DNA of 64,000 bases from Tannerella sp. (GTDB taxonomy: Bacteria; Bacteroidota; Bacteroidia; Bacteroidales; Tannerellaceae). The position numbers were made by a program, and so were the translations under genes. The stretch's first letter is position 1, and each line of letters opens with the position of its first letter. A model generated the notes under the pieces. That model was not told the origin of the DNA and did no database searches. It saw only the letters and a list, made by a program, of their open reading frames with translations. Location: NCBI GenBank assembly GCA_031551825.1, contig JAVBNB010000068.1:7477-71476 (forward strand), read 5' to 3'. Of this stretch, positions 44,574 through 54,921 are shown one piece after another.

Positions 44574-47261
44574 TTATTTCCAATCGGATTTGAATTTATA
44601 GGTGCCGGAACCTATTTGATAAATCACGTAATCAGGTTCTTCTTTTATAAATTTCAATTCTTTTATTTTTCCTGCAGCCTTTCCGTTTTCGGTTACAGAG
44701 TTTTTGTTCGTGGTCGGAATAAAGACCGTTGCTGTTGTGTTTGCCGGGATAGTCAGGTCTAGCAAGATTGATTTTCCTTGCTTTTTCCATGCACTCTTAA
44801 TCGTACCTTTTTCAGTGATCAGTTCTCCTTCCACGAACGTCAGATCGTTAAAAATATATGGGTGAATTGTATATTTGCAGAATGCAGGGCTATTGATATC
44901 CGGATTTATGCCGATAACATATTTATAAAACCAGGAACCAACCGAGCCCATCATCGGATGATTGTGTGAGTTCATTGCGTCACCTGTGAGAAATTCCCAT
45001 CTTTCCCAGAGAGTAGTCGCTCCGTTTGCCAGCATAAAACCCCAGCTCGGATAGGTGGTCTGTGTTGCAATTTTATATGCTACTTCATGGTAACCATATT
45101 CTGTCAGTGTTTCCAGTAAATACTTCGTACACAGATTTCCTGTCGTAAGATGGTAGTTCTGTTTTTTTACATCTTCGACAAGGTTATTGATGACGCGAGG
45201 TGCTTTTTTTTCATCGGCAAGCCCGAGATACAGGGCGAATGAATTGCAGGCCTGGTTGTTGGAGGCATAACCTCCTGTCTGTTCATTCCAATATTCACGA
45301 TTAAATGCTACCGCAATCTCCTGTGCCAGGTTTTTATATCTGGTGACTTCGGAATTCTTACCAATGATTTTCGCCATTTCTGCTAATAGATCAGCGCAGT
45401 AGTATAAATATCCGGTAGATATTAAATTCCCGGGAGTGTCTCTTGAAACACCTGAACCATTCGGATCCTGCAGAAAATCTCTTGGAGGGCACCAGTCACC
45501 ATAATAGCTGTAATCAACGATACCATTCAGTGTTCTTGAATACAGGTAGTCTACCCAGGCTTTCATGTTGTCAAAGTGATCCGTTATAATATTTTTGTTT
45601 CCGTAAAACTCATAGCATTTATAAGCAAGTAGCAGGTAGCTGGCGGAAACCGGGTCGGCCGGTCTCATTCCGAATCTGTATGGAGCCACACATGTTATTG
45701 TTCCGGCCTTATCCTGAGTATCGGTGATATCAATCATATATTTAGGGTAAAAACGGGATAGGTTAAAGTTATAAATAGCTTGTTCTATACGAACGGTCAG
45801 GTCATTGAGCCATCCCATCCTTTCATCACGCTGGGGGCAGTCGGTTGGTACGCTATGCAGGTTGGCAGCTTCTGTGTCGACAACCATTTGGTGAATATCA
45901 TTTAGAAGCTGATTACTACACTTGAATGATCCGGATTGTGCAACTGCCGAGCGGACAAACTTTACCTGGATATCGCCTGCAACCGGTGGTTTAGGCAGGC
46001 CTTCTATCTGGATATATCTGAAACCATGGTATGTAAATTTAGGTTCCCATGTTTCTATGCCATTACCATTTAGCGTATAACTGTCTTCTGCTTTAGCATA
46101 ACGTAGATTGTCCTGATTTACCAGACCATTATCATACAATGTCTCAGCAAACTTAAGAGTCACTTTTCGACCGGATTCACCTTGTACTTTTATAGAAGCC
46201 CAACCGGCCAGGTTACGCCCTGCATCAACGACAAAGACGCCGGGCTTAGGTTCTTTTATCACAGAGGGAGTGAGAGTTTCGACAATTTTAATAGGTTCAA
46301 TCCTTTGGGAAACCATTTTTCCCACCGGTTCGTCTGCATTGTATGCAAAACCCCATTCTTTGTTCATTAATCCGGGTGGCATGAACGGTTTGTAAAGATC
46401 CGGATTTAATTCTCTCGCATCATAATGTTCGCCATCAAAAACAGTCGTATATACAGTTGGCCCGGTTGTAATCGCTCTCATTTCATTTGAGGTAATGATT
46501 CCTTTGCTTCCATCCTCATAGGTTACTTCCATTTGAAAACGCAATTTTGGCGTGCCGTTCCAGCCGGGTGCAACTGCTACAACGATCGTATTCGCCTGCT
46601 CCGTAAAATATTCTTTTAGATCATAAGTTACATAATAAACACGTTTACTGTATGTGCTCTGTGCCGGGTCCAGTACATGATCGCCAACTTTTTTGCGGTT
46701 GATCTCCATTTCATAGAAACCTAATCCTGAAATATAGACACGGGCATCTTTGATCGCTTTTTGTGGAGCAAATGTACCCTTAAAGTAGATGACTCTCCCC
46801 GGTATTCCGGCTGCATATCCGATCCAGCCTCCTTTCCAGTCTTCTTCATTCAGTAATCCCATTTCAAAAAATGCGGGAAGGGACCATTCGCTGACTTCTT
46901 GGTCATTTTTCCAGATCCTCACTTTCCAGTAATATCTCTGGCGACTGGTCGGTTTTTGCCCTTCATAATTAACGCCGGTTGATAGGGATGAATTGATTTT
47001 ACCACTGTCCCAGATATCGGGATTGTCATTCTTTAGCTGTTCGACGGTGCTTGCTACCATTATCTGATATGCAGACTGGACAGTATTCCTTGTGTCTGAT
47101 TCGATACGCCAGCTTAATTGCGGAGATAACGCATCTATCCCGATAGGATTTGTTTCGTATTCACATTTAAGATCAACAACAGATATACCGGCTTTACTTT
47201 TACCATATATATATGGCATATTAAAACAGATCAACAATAGAAGTAAGATAACTTTTTGCAT
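44574..47261 (-). CDS. GH78 alpha-L-rhamnosidase (second copy)
   Basis: 895 aa with VPTDCPQRDERMGWLND and ...GATTLWERW...NSHNH. Confidence 0.88.
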   Translation of the reverse strand: MQKVILLLLLICFNMPYIYGKSKAGISVVDLKCEYETNPIGIDALSPQLSWRIESDTRNTVQSAYQIMVASTVEQLKNDNPDIWDSGKINSSLSTGVNYEGQKPTSRQRYYWKVRIWKNDQEVSEWSLPAFFEMGLLNEEDWKGGWIGYAAGIPGRVIYFKGTFAPQKAIKDARVYISGLGFYEMEINRKKVGDHVLDPAQSTYSKRVYYVTYDLKEYFTEQANTIVVAVAPGWNGTPKLRFQMEVTYEDGSKGIITSNEMRAITTGPTVYTTVFDGEHYDARELNPDLYKPFMPPGLMNKEWGFAYNADEPVGKMVSQRIEPIKIVETLTPSVIKEPKPGVFVVDAGRNLAGWASIKVQGESGRKVTLKFAETLYDNGLVNQDNLRYAKAEDSYTLNGNGIETWEPKFTYHGFRYIQIEGLPKPPVAGDIQVKFVRSAVAQSGSFKCSNQLLNDIHQMVVDTEAANLHSVPTDCPQRDERMGWLNDLTVRIEQAIYNFNLSRFYPKYMIDITDTQDKAGTITCVAPYRFGMRPADPVSASYLLLAYKCYEFYGNKNIITDHFDNMKAWVDYLYSRTLNGIVDYSYYGDWCPPRDFLQDPNGSGVSRDTPGNLISTGYLYYCADLLAEMAKIIGKNSEVTRYKNLAQEIAVAFNREYWNEQTGGYASNNQACNSFALYLGLADEKKAPRVINNLVEDVKKQNYHLTTGNLCTKYLLETLTEYGYHEVAYKIATQTTYPSWGFMLANGATTLWERWEFLTGDAMNSHNHPMMGSVGSWFYKYVIGINPDINSPAFCKYTIHPYIFNDLTFVEGELITEKGTIKSAWKKQGKSILLDLTIPANTTATVFIPTTNKNSVTENGKAAGKIKELKFIKEEPDYVIYQIGSGTYKFKSDWK

Positions 47262-47519
47262 AGGATATTTATTTAAGATTATTTAGTTTGTATTGGAAAG
47301 AGCTTCATATTGTATTTGGAATGCTCTGTGCAAAATAAATAGGAAAGAAATCCGGAATACAAAAATATCTGTCCGTTTATTTGTATTTTTCGGTAAAAGT
47401 GAAGTTTCTCAGGTTGTAATTTTTGTTCGAAAATTGTAAAAATAAATCTTATTTTGATCTAATTCGTTGATAATTAATAGTTTTTATGAGGAGGTGATTT
47501 GCCTCCTATAGAAGATGCT

Positions 47520-50500
47520 TTAATTTGATCTGGTCGGTGAATTGATGTAATCTTTCGGTGAAACTCCAAAATGTTTTTTGAAGGATTTCGAAAAATATGA
47601 ATATGAACTGAAACCTGTTAGTTCCGCAACGTCCTGGAATGAGGTATTTTCTTTTATCATTATTTCCGCTGCACGGCGTAGACGGTAATTTATTAGAAAA
47701 TCAATGGGAGACATGTCTGTTAAACCCTTTATCTTTTTGTAGAATCCGGTCCTGCTGAATCCTAATTCCCGGGCTATATAATCTATATTTATATCAGGAT
47801 TGGGTAATTCTTTTTCCAATAAGATGATCAGCTTATCCATGAATTTCTGGTCCAGCTGGTTTATTATAGCAGGAGCTGGCCCATCTTCAGACGTTTGTGG
47901 TGTGGAAAAATAATGTCTTAACCTGTCTTTTGACAAAAACAAATTTTTTATTGTCAATAAAAGATAGTCAATATTAAATGGTTTACATATATAAGCATCC
48001 GCTCCTTGTTCAAGTCCTTCGATCTGATCAGACATTGTCGTTCTGGCAGTGAGCAGTATAAACGGTATATGACAGTATTCAGGGTTTTGTTTGACTTGTG
48101 CACATAGCTGATAGCCTGATAACCCGGGCATAATAACATCGCTCAGTATTAAGTCAGGAGATTCTCTTTGTATAAATTCCCATGCCATTTCACCATCTGA
48201 TACTTCAATCAGCTTATATTGTTTGCAAAGCAGGTTCCGGATAAAATCCATGAGCTCAGCATTGTCTTCGGCAATCAAAATCGTATATGCCTGTTCCTGT
48301 ATTACAGGATTTTCATATTGAACCGTAGGATAAGTTTCATCGGTAGAGATGGTATTTGTATTAATCGCGTCCTTTTCTGTTTCCGGATAAATATCATTGA
48401 TAGGCAAGATGAACGAAAAAATCATCCCTCCTTCCGGTCTTCGTTCGGCAGATATTTGTCCATTATGTTTTTCAACCAGACATTTCGTATAATGCAGCCC
48501 GATTCCGCTACCGCTATAATCCGGTTTTATTCCTGAAGGACCGCTTATTTGGCGATAACGTACAAACAGTTCTCCGAATTTATTTTCAGGGATGCCTTCT
48601 CCTGTATCTGATACGGATATTTCGAGATAAGGTGTGTTATATGCATTGCTAAGATCCGGATATCTTTTACCAGCCTCAATAATTGTTAATTCTTTTGTTG
48701 TTATTTCAACCATGCCGTTTTCCGGCGTATACTTTAAAGCATTGGAGAGTAGATTATGCAGGATTTTTTCGATTTTATCGGTATCCGTCCACATATACAA
48801 GCAAGAAACATGATTATTGTAATGTAAATTGATATGTTTTTTATCAGCATGATACATAAAAGCCTTGTAAATATGCTTTATTTGTACGATAATGTCTGTA
48901 TTCTGTACTTGTAATGACAACATCCCATTTTCTACTTTTCTGAAGTCAAGAAGTTGGTTGATAAGCCTCAGCATACTTTGGACATTCCGGGAAATGGTGT
49001 TCAGTAAGAGTAAATTTGTTTCACCGGAAGGGGGATTGGATAATAGCTGTTCCAATGGAGCTGAAATAAGGGTTAGCGGAGTGCGTAATTCATGTGAGAT
49101 ATTGGTAAAGAAATTTATTTTCATTTCGGAAATTTCTTTTTCTCTTTGTCTTTCATTATGTTCTACTTCCAGCATCTGGCGGTTTATTTTTATATTGAAC
49201 CATGTCCGGAATATAAAATATACAACAGAAAAAAGAAGGAAGAAATAAAGGAGCCATGCCTGCCATGAAAGCCATGGTGCCGGTTTGACTATTATTTCTA
49301 TGTTTGCAGGCTGTGTGCTTTCAATGCCATCACTGTTTATTGCGCTTACCAAAAAGGTATATTTTCCTGCCGGAATATTCGAATAGGAAGCTCTCCGGAA
49401 ATTATCTACATAGTTCCATTCGGGATCAATGCCTTCCATTTTATATTTGTAGGTTAGTTTTTCAGGATATAAAAAATCTATCCCGGCATAATCAATGGAA
49501 ATAGTCGTTTGTTTGTGGTTAAGAATGATTTTGTCCGTAACAGCGATATCTTTTGATAGAACGGAACCGTATGGGCTTGGACGTACACTATGGTTTGAAA
49601 TTTTCAGGTCTTCAATATGTATTACGGGGGGAGTGCTATTAGGCAGAAATGTTGCGGGATTAAAAAAAGTGAGCCCGTGATTGCCTGCAAAAAAGATTCT
49701 TCCATCGGATTTTCTGCAACCGGCTTTCTCGTGAAACTGATTCCCTTGTGTCCCGTCATTATAGGAATAATTGCTGAATATCGCTTTTGAACCGGACAGT
49801 TTTAATTTTGAAATACCGTAAGATGTACTCATCCATATATCTCCGTATGTATCTTCCTGAATACATAATACATTGTTACTGGGTAAACCGTCATCCCATG
49901 TATATTCTTTACATGTTCCGTTTGCGTAGTGTAACATTCCTCTGCCATAACTACCCATCCATATCCTGTTTTGTGAATCTTCAAAAATAGTTATACATCT
50001 GACTGATACACCATTTAGATCTTCACGCAAATCTAATTTTTCCGGAATTGTGTCTCCCTTCCGTATTCTGAAAATACCTTCTCCGTAAGATGAAAAGATT
50101 AAATCCCCAGAATTAAGTATACATATATCGGGGACATTTGCATGATAAAATTCATGTAACTTTGTAGACGCAGGATCTTCTCCGGACAATTTGAATAATC
50201 CTTCCCATGTACCTAACCATATATTCCCCTCCTGGTCTTCTTTGATAGATCTTACATGTTCCAGATTGATACGATCCAATAACTGAATCCGGCCGTCAGA
50301 CAGGATATTTCCTGTTACTAATTGATTATCAAAACCAATCCAGATCCTGTTCTTTGAATCGATGAAAAGTGATTCAAGGAAATCATTTCCGTCCGGGAAC
50401 AGATCGGAGTTTTTAACGGTATATCTCATGAACTTGCCGTCCGGAGTATAACGATACAGCCCGTCATATCTTGTGCTTATCCAAAGATTCATTTCTCTGT

Positions 50501-51623
50501 CTTCTATGACTCTTGTGACAAATTTATGTTTGATAATATCATTCAGGGTATGATCTGCGTTAAAATAATCCGGATATTTACTGGTTACGGTGATTCCTTT
50601 ATCATAAGAACCAATCCATATATTCTCCTGTCTGTCAATATAACAGGACATTAATTGGGCAGACTGGAAAGGATTAAATCTCACGGGTTCATTGTATAAT
50701 AATGTTTGTGATATGAAATCATATTGGAACAAACCTTGAGTTGCAGTTCCGATTAATATTTTTAACGGTTCGACTTCTTGTATGAAGTTTATTCGGGTTT
50801 TACTTAATCTGGGGTCATTTAAACAAGGGGCCGGAATGTCTTTGAATGTTTGCGTTACCGGATCGAACAGCATTAAACCGGCATTTGTACCTAACCACCA
50901 CATCCCCTGAGGATCAGAATATTTACATACGACTTCCCTGTTTTCGGGTAAAGAGAAATATTCCCAAGATTCGTTGTTTCTAAGCACAGCAAGACCATAT
51001 GAACCACTCAGTCCCATCCATAATCGATTAAAGTTATCTTCCCAATAAAGATTAACATTCTGATGAGACCAGGGAGTGTGAATACTTTTATTTGTAGTAT
51101 CTATCCAGCCGGGGCCGGAAGTGGAAGCAACCCATATCTTATGGTTATGATCTTCAAAAAAAGAATAGACCGGAGCGGCCGGTGCCTGATAATGTTCAAA
51201 TCCTTTACCCTGAAAATCATATCGGTTTACCCCCATTGTGGTTCCGGCCCATAATCTGTTAGAGGAATCCAGAAATACAGAAAAAACAAAATCATGGTCA
51301 ATCGATGTCGAATCCGTTTCGTTATGTACATAATGAATATACTCATACCCGTTGTACCGGTTTAGTCCGCCTAAAGTTGCTATCCACATATATCCTAATG
51401 AATCCTGACAAAACGAATTGATATTGAGAAATGATATCTGGGATGAATTTCGTGGTGTATGAATTGCATATATTGTGCTTTGATTATTCCTGAATTCATT
51501 ATTTTTTCCTGTGCAGGTAAGTAAAAAAAAGAATATGATTAATATCGGCGGAATTCTATGGTTCATGTTATTAAGGTATAATTTATAAAATATGCTTGTG
51601 TTAGATATAATTCTGGCCTGCAA
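47520..51623 (-). CDS. hybrid two-component system (HTCS) sensor kinase / response regulator with AraC-type output
   Basis: Periplasmic beta-propeller repeats plus a Y_Y_Y-like region, one TM segment, H-box SHELRTPLT, HATPase (GSGIGL), receiver (LILSDVIMPGLSG) and a C-terminal AraC HTH. The likely true start is the ATG at 51566 (MNHRIPPIL...). Confidence 0.9.
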   Translation of the reverse strand: MQARIISNTSIFYKLYLNNMNHRIPPILIIFFFLLTCTGKNNEFRNNQSTIYAIHTPRNSSQISFLNINSFCQDSLGYMWIATLGGLNRYNGYEYIHYVHNETDSTSIDHDFVFSVFLDSSNRLWAGTTMGVNRYDFQGKGFEHYQAPAAPVYSFFEDHNHKIWVASTSGPGWIDTTNKSIHTPWSHQNVNLYWEDNFNRLWMGLSGSYGLAVLRNNESWEYFSLPENREVVCKYSDPQGMWWLGTNAGLMLFDPVTQTFKDIPAPCLNDPRLSKTRINFIQEVEPLKILIGTATQGLFQYDFISQTLLYNEPVRFNPFQSAQLMSCYIDRQENIWIGSYDKGITVTSKYPDYFNADHTLNDIIKHKFVTRVIEDREMNLWISTRYDGLYRYTPDGKFMRYTVKNSDLFPDGNDFLESLFIDSKNRIWIGFDNQLVTGNILSDGRIQLLDRINLEHVRSIKEDQEGNIWLGTWEGLFKLSGEDPASTKLHEFYHANVPDICILNSGDLIFSSYGEGIFRIRKGDTIPEKLDLREDLNGVSVRCITIFEDSQNRIWMGSYGRGMLHYANGTCKEYTWDDGLPSNNVLCIQEDTYGDIWMSTSYGISKLKLSGSKAIFSNYSYNDGTQGNQFHEKAGCRKSDGRIFFAGNHGLTFFNPATFLPNSTPPVIHIEDLKISNHSVRPSPYGSVLSKDIAVTDKIILNHKQTTISIDYAGIDFLYPEKLTYKYKMEGIDPEWNYVDNFRRASYSNIPAGKYTFLVSAINSDGIESTQPANIEIIVKPAPWLSWQAWLLYFFLLFSVVYFIFRTWFNIKINRQMLEVEHNERQREKEISEMKINFFTNISHELRTPLTLISAPLEQLLSNPPSGETNLLLLNTISRNVQSMLRLINQLLDFRKVENGMLSLQVQNTDIIVQIKHIYKAFMYHADKKHINLHYNNHVSCLYMWTDTDKIEKILHNLLSNALKYTPENGMVEITTKELTIIEAGKRYPDLSNAYNTPYLEISVSDTGEGIPENKFGELFVRYRQISGPSGIKPDYSGSGIGLHYTKCLVEKHNGQISAERRPEGGMIFSFILPINDIYPETEKDAINTNTISTDETYPTVQYENPVIQEQAYTILIAEDNAELMDFIRNLLCKQYKLIEVSDGEMAWEFIQRESPDLILSDVIMPGLSGYQLCAQVKQNPEYCHIPFILLTARTTMSDQIEGLEQGADAYICKPFNIDYLLLTIKNLFLSKDRLRHYFSTPQTSEDGPAPAIINQLDQKFMDKLIILLEKELPNPDINIDYIARELGFSRTGFYKKIKGLTDMSPIDFLINYRLRRAAEIMIKENTSFQDVAELTGFSSYSYFSKSFKKHFGVSPKDYINSPTRSN

Positions 51624-51796
51624 AATAAATTGCGGATGTTATGGCTTTTTGTTATTGATCATGTTTAATTTCCGGTGTTCTTTTGTTGTATTCGTTGATA
51701 CAAATTTATAGTTTTTTTCTTGTTCCCAACCTTCTTTTATAAGAAATAAGTAATGATTGAGATTTTTTATGTTAACGAAGTTTCGTGTGTAAATAA

Positions 51797-53374
51797 CTAT
51801 TCTTCTGTGATTAGGACTTCGTGGAGATTATGGATGATAGAGTTTTCCAAGTCATTTTCGGGGAGAATGATATTAAAGTTTTTCCAGAAATTTTTGTCGT
51901 AGGAATGTTTGGTTTCCGCGAAGATTCGCGTGGTCGACAGCCGTTCGTTTGACGGGAAGGGCTTTGCCTCTTTTTTATTGATGTCACATGTTGCCATTTC
52001 AAACCAGAAATGCAATGGTGAACTGAAAAGGTGTTTTCTGCGTCGTACTTTAAACCGGAGATCTCCGCGAACGTGATTGATGTAATATCGTCCGTCTTCG
52101 GAGGGTTTATATGAAACAATATATTGGGCCTGTTGAAGGCTTATCTTTAATCTCGCTGTTTTTTTATCAATAAAAGTATGTGTTGCCCTGTCGACAAGAT
52201 TGGGATTTATTTCAAAGCGTACTTCAATCAAAGCTTTATTTTCGGATTCAATATAGATATCTCCGGTATATAAAGGTTCTTGAATGTGTTCTTTTTGTCG
52301 AAAAGAGATGATATTCACCGGTCTGTTATCGACAAAACTTTTTCCTTTGTACGAATATGTATAAGGCGTATTCTTGTCAGGAATAGTGAATTCGGGAAGT
52401 TCTTTTATGATATCAAGTATCAGGCAGGAATTTATGCCTGAACGCATTTTTGGAAAAATAGTGTCGGTCTCAAGCCGGTTGATTATGCGACGTTTTTTGA
52501 TTAATTTTACCTGATCGTATGCCGCGTTTCTATTATATCCGGTTTTGTAGACCTGGAGGACGGACTCGGTCAGGTCTATATTTCGAAGGTTATGATCAAT
52601 GCCTTCTCGATAGAACGTTGTTAGGTAAACGGATTCAGAAGCGTAGTTTACGACACGATTATACATCATATCTTTCAGTGCCTGTTCCGGATTTACCGCG
52701 TTGACAACCACTTCTCGTAGAGCAATGGCCTGAGGTTTCAACCCGATGTCGAGAGTCTTATCTTTTAATAAGGCAAGATCTATATCCTGACTTTCGTATC
52801 CGATATGAGAAAACCTTACTTTGTGATTTTGCAGTGAATCAGGAACTGTTAACTGAAATCCGCCATCCTGGTTTGTGATTGTCCCAATGGACGTATTCAA
52901 GATGCTTACTGAAGCGAATATAATTGACTCTTTGCTGTCCTGATCAAATAAGATACCCTTTATGGTAAAGTATATTTCCTGAACAATCTCCTGAGCTTCC
53001 TGAATTGGAATACTATCGTTGGGTATTGCCTGAGTCTGTATTTCTGTTAAACGTAGCAGGATGTAGGTGCCGGATAAATCAATTTGTAGCCGGTTGTTTC
53101 CCGTAATCAGATAAATCGCATCGCGCAGTGAGTATTCTCCTTTTGTGATTTTGACCTTTTTGTCATTGTCGATGATCTGACTGTCGTAGATAAACAGGTA
53201 ACCGGACTGTTCGGATAAATCCTTCAGCAATTCATAAATGGTTCCTTTGTTTTTAGATATCTGTACAATACTGTCAAGCACATTATGTTCGCTTGCCTGT
53301 ATGTTTGCGATAAAGGAAGAAAACATACAGACGAAAAGAAGACGGCAGAAACATGTTTTTATCGCTTGAGGCAT
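51797..53374 (-). CDS. STN-domain plus carboxypeptidase-regulatory-like domain protein lacking a TonB-dependent plug/barrel
   Basis: 525 aa. The N-terminal GTIYELLKDLSEQSGYLFIYDS...SLRDAIYLI is STN-like, followed by IKGILFDQDSKESIIFASVSILNTSIGTITNQDGGFQL. The ~300-aa C-domain is homologous to 54922-56196. Confidence 0.55.
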   Translation of the reverse strand: MPQAIKTCFCRLLFVCMFSSFIANIQASEHNVLDSIVQISKNKGTIYELLKDLSEQSGYLFIYDSQIIDNDKKVKITKGEYSLRDAIYLITGNNRLQIDLSGTYILLRLTEIQTQAIPNDSIPIQEAQEIVQEIYFTIKGILFDQDSKESIIFASVSILNTSIGTITNQDGGFQLTVPDSLQNHKVRFSHIGYESQDIDLALLKDKTLDIGLKPQAIALREVVVNAVNPEQALKDMMYNRVVNYASESVYLTTFYREGIDHNLRNIDLTESVLQVYKTGYNRNAAYDQVKLIKKRRIINRLETDTIFPKMRSGINSCLILDIIKELPEFTIPDKNTPYTYSYKGKSFVDNRPVNIISFRQKEHIQEPLYTGDIYIESENKALIEVRFEINPNLVDRATHTFIDKKTARLKISLQQAQYIVSYKPSEDGRYYINHVRGDLRFKVRRRKHLFSSPLHFWFEMATCDINKKEAKPFPSNERLSTTRIFAETKHSYDKNFWKNFNIILPENDLENSIIHNLHEVLITEE

Positions 53375-53386
53375 GGATTGTTCTTT

Positions 53387-54265
53387 CTATTTTGAAATGT
53401 AGATTGTATTTTCTTGTTGTGAATGTTCTAATTTCAGCGCCAGACAGATTTTCTCCGCTATTTCAGAGATGCTGCTTTTCTCCAAAAAGGTAAATGTTAT
53501 AGCGCGTTGTTCTATCTCCGGATCAATTTTCAATTGAATAGAATCCGAATGCATATTAATGATAGCCGCTACATTTTTAAGATGCTCATCTTTAAATAAA
53601 ATGCGTTCAAAGTATTCGTCAAAATTAGTCGTGTTCTTAATCAGTTGCGGTTGTTCGGAGTCGAATAATACAGTTTCTCCTGTTTTGACAAAGAGAACCT
53701 GTTTAGTGCTTTTTTGTGTCACCCGCACTTCCCCTTTCCGTACTGATAATAAGAAGGAAGATCGGTTATCACTTTTTATTTTAAAGGATGTTCCGACAAC
53801 TTCTATTTTGGCTAAATCCGTATCGATAAAGAACGGGCGTTCGGATTGTTTTTTTATTTCGAAAAAGGCTTCTCCCTGTAAACTGACTTCTCTTTTATCT
53901 TCTGCAAAACGATCCGGATATTTCAATGAAGCCTGCTCCGACAGATAGACAACGGAACCGTCTTCCAGCATAGTGGCTAACGTCGGTGCATCGACCTCAT
54001 TATATAGTATCAATAATTCTTTATCGGGGAGATTGGTTTTACGTGTAAAATACCAGCCGGAGAAAATGCAGGCAATCAGGACAGCGGCGACATAGAGCTT
54101 TTTGAACGTGCCGGACTGCAGAAAGTTGTGTCGGACTACATTTTCTTCCGGAAGCAACCCATCCTTTTCAAGCCTTTGATACAAATTATCCCAGGCCTGG
54201 TCAATGATCGTATCCTCTTGTTTTTTTTCTTTAAATGCCATGATTAAGTGTATAATATTTTTCAA
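53387..54265 (-). CDS. FecR-family anti-sigma factor
   Basis: 292 aa with one TM segment (LYVAAVLIACIFSGWYF) and the FecR core GEAFFEIKK...VVGTSFKI. The start may be the Met at 54241. Confidence 0.8.
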   Translation of the reverse strand: MKNIIHLIMAFKEKKQEDTIIDQAWDNLYQRLEKDGLLPEENVVRHNFLQSGTFKKLYVAAVLIACIFSGWYFTRKTNLPDKELLILYNEVDAPTLATMLEDGSVVYLSEQASLKYPDRFAEDKREVSLQGEAFFEIKKQSERPFFIDTDLAKIEVVGTSFKIKSDNRSSFLLSVRKGEVRVTQKSTKQVLFVKTGETVLFDSEQPQLIKNTTNFDEYFERILFKDEHLKNVAAIINMHSDSIQLKIDPEIEQRAITFTFLEKSSISEIAEKICLALKLEHSQQENTIYISK

Positions 54266-54788
54266 TTCCTTGCCGCAATGCGTGATATGTTTTTGTCATT
54301 TCCGCTTCGACTGTTTTTACAGAAATAGAGTAAAAGTCGGCAATTTCTTTATATTTTTTTCCATCCATCCGGTGCATCCTGAAAATCTGCATTCTTCGCT
54401 CCGGTAGCTTATTCAGTATATTTGTGATCACATTTTCCAATTCCTTGTATTCCAATAGCTCCAAAGGAGAAAGATCCGTTTCCTGACTGTCGTTCAAGAC
54501 CTGTTCCTGGTGACGCTCCTGTACCATGAGATGTTCCTGATGACGTAAAGAATGGTTTCTCACGGCTCCGTACAGATAGTTCTTTACGGAGCGGAGAATC
54601 TGTATATTTTCTTTTTCTTTCCATATATTGTAGAATACATCCTGTACTATTTCTTCTGCAATGTCTTTACGGCCTGTTATGCTGAATGCGTACATGCAAA
54701 GCGGAGTGTAATATTGACGAAAGACTTTTTCAAACGTCCTGACATCTCCTTCTTTAATTTTTTTAAATATGGCAAGGTCATTCAGCAT
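54231..54788 (-). CDS. ECF-type RNA polymerase sigma-70 factor
   Basis: 185 aa. Region 2 (IAEEIVQDVFYNIWKEKE) and region 4 (KYKEIADFYSISVKTVEAEM). It overlaps the anti-sigma gene. Confidence 0.88.
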   Translation of the reverse strand: MLNDLAIFKKIKEGDVRTFEKVFRQYYTPLCMYAFSITGRKDIAEEIVQDVFYNIWKEKENIQILRSVKNYLYGAVRNHSLRHQEHLMVQERHQEQVLNDSQETDLSPLELLEYKELENVITNILNKLPERRMQIFRMHRMDGKKYKEIADFYSISVKTVEAEMTKTYHALRQGIEKYYTLNHGI

Positions 54789-54921
54789 ATACGGGCCTTA
54801 TATTAGTGAAGAAACAAATATAAGGCAAGCCGGGAGAAGTACAAAATAAGTATGCTTATTTTTTTGGTTCAGGGACATGGCTTACATTTATTTTTGTGTA
54901 CGAACTAATAGAATTACAGAA

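Noticed and set aside
47489-47507. AGGAGG..CCTCCT hairpin downstream of the HTCS gene as a terminator.
   Set aside because: On the transcribed (minus) strand it is followed by an A-rich rather than U-rich tract, so it does not qualify as a canonical intrinsic terminator.
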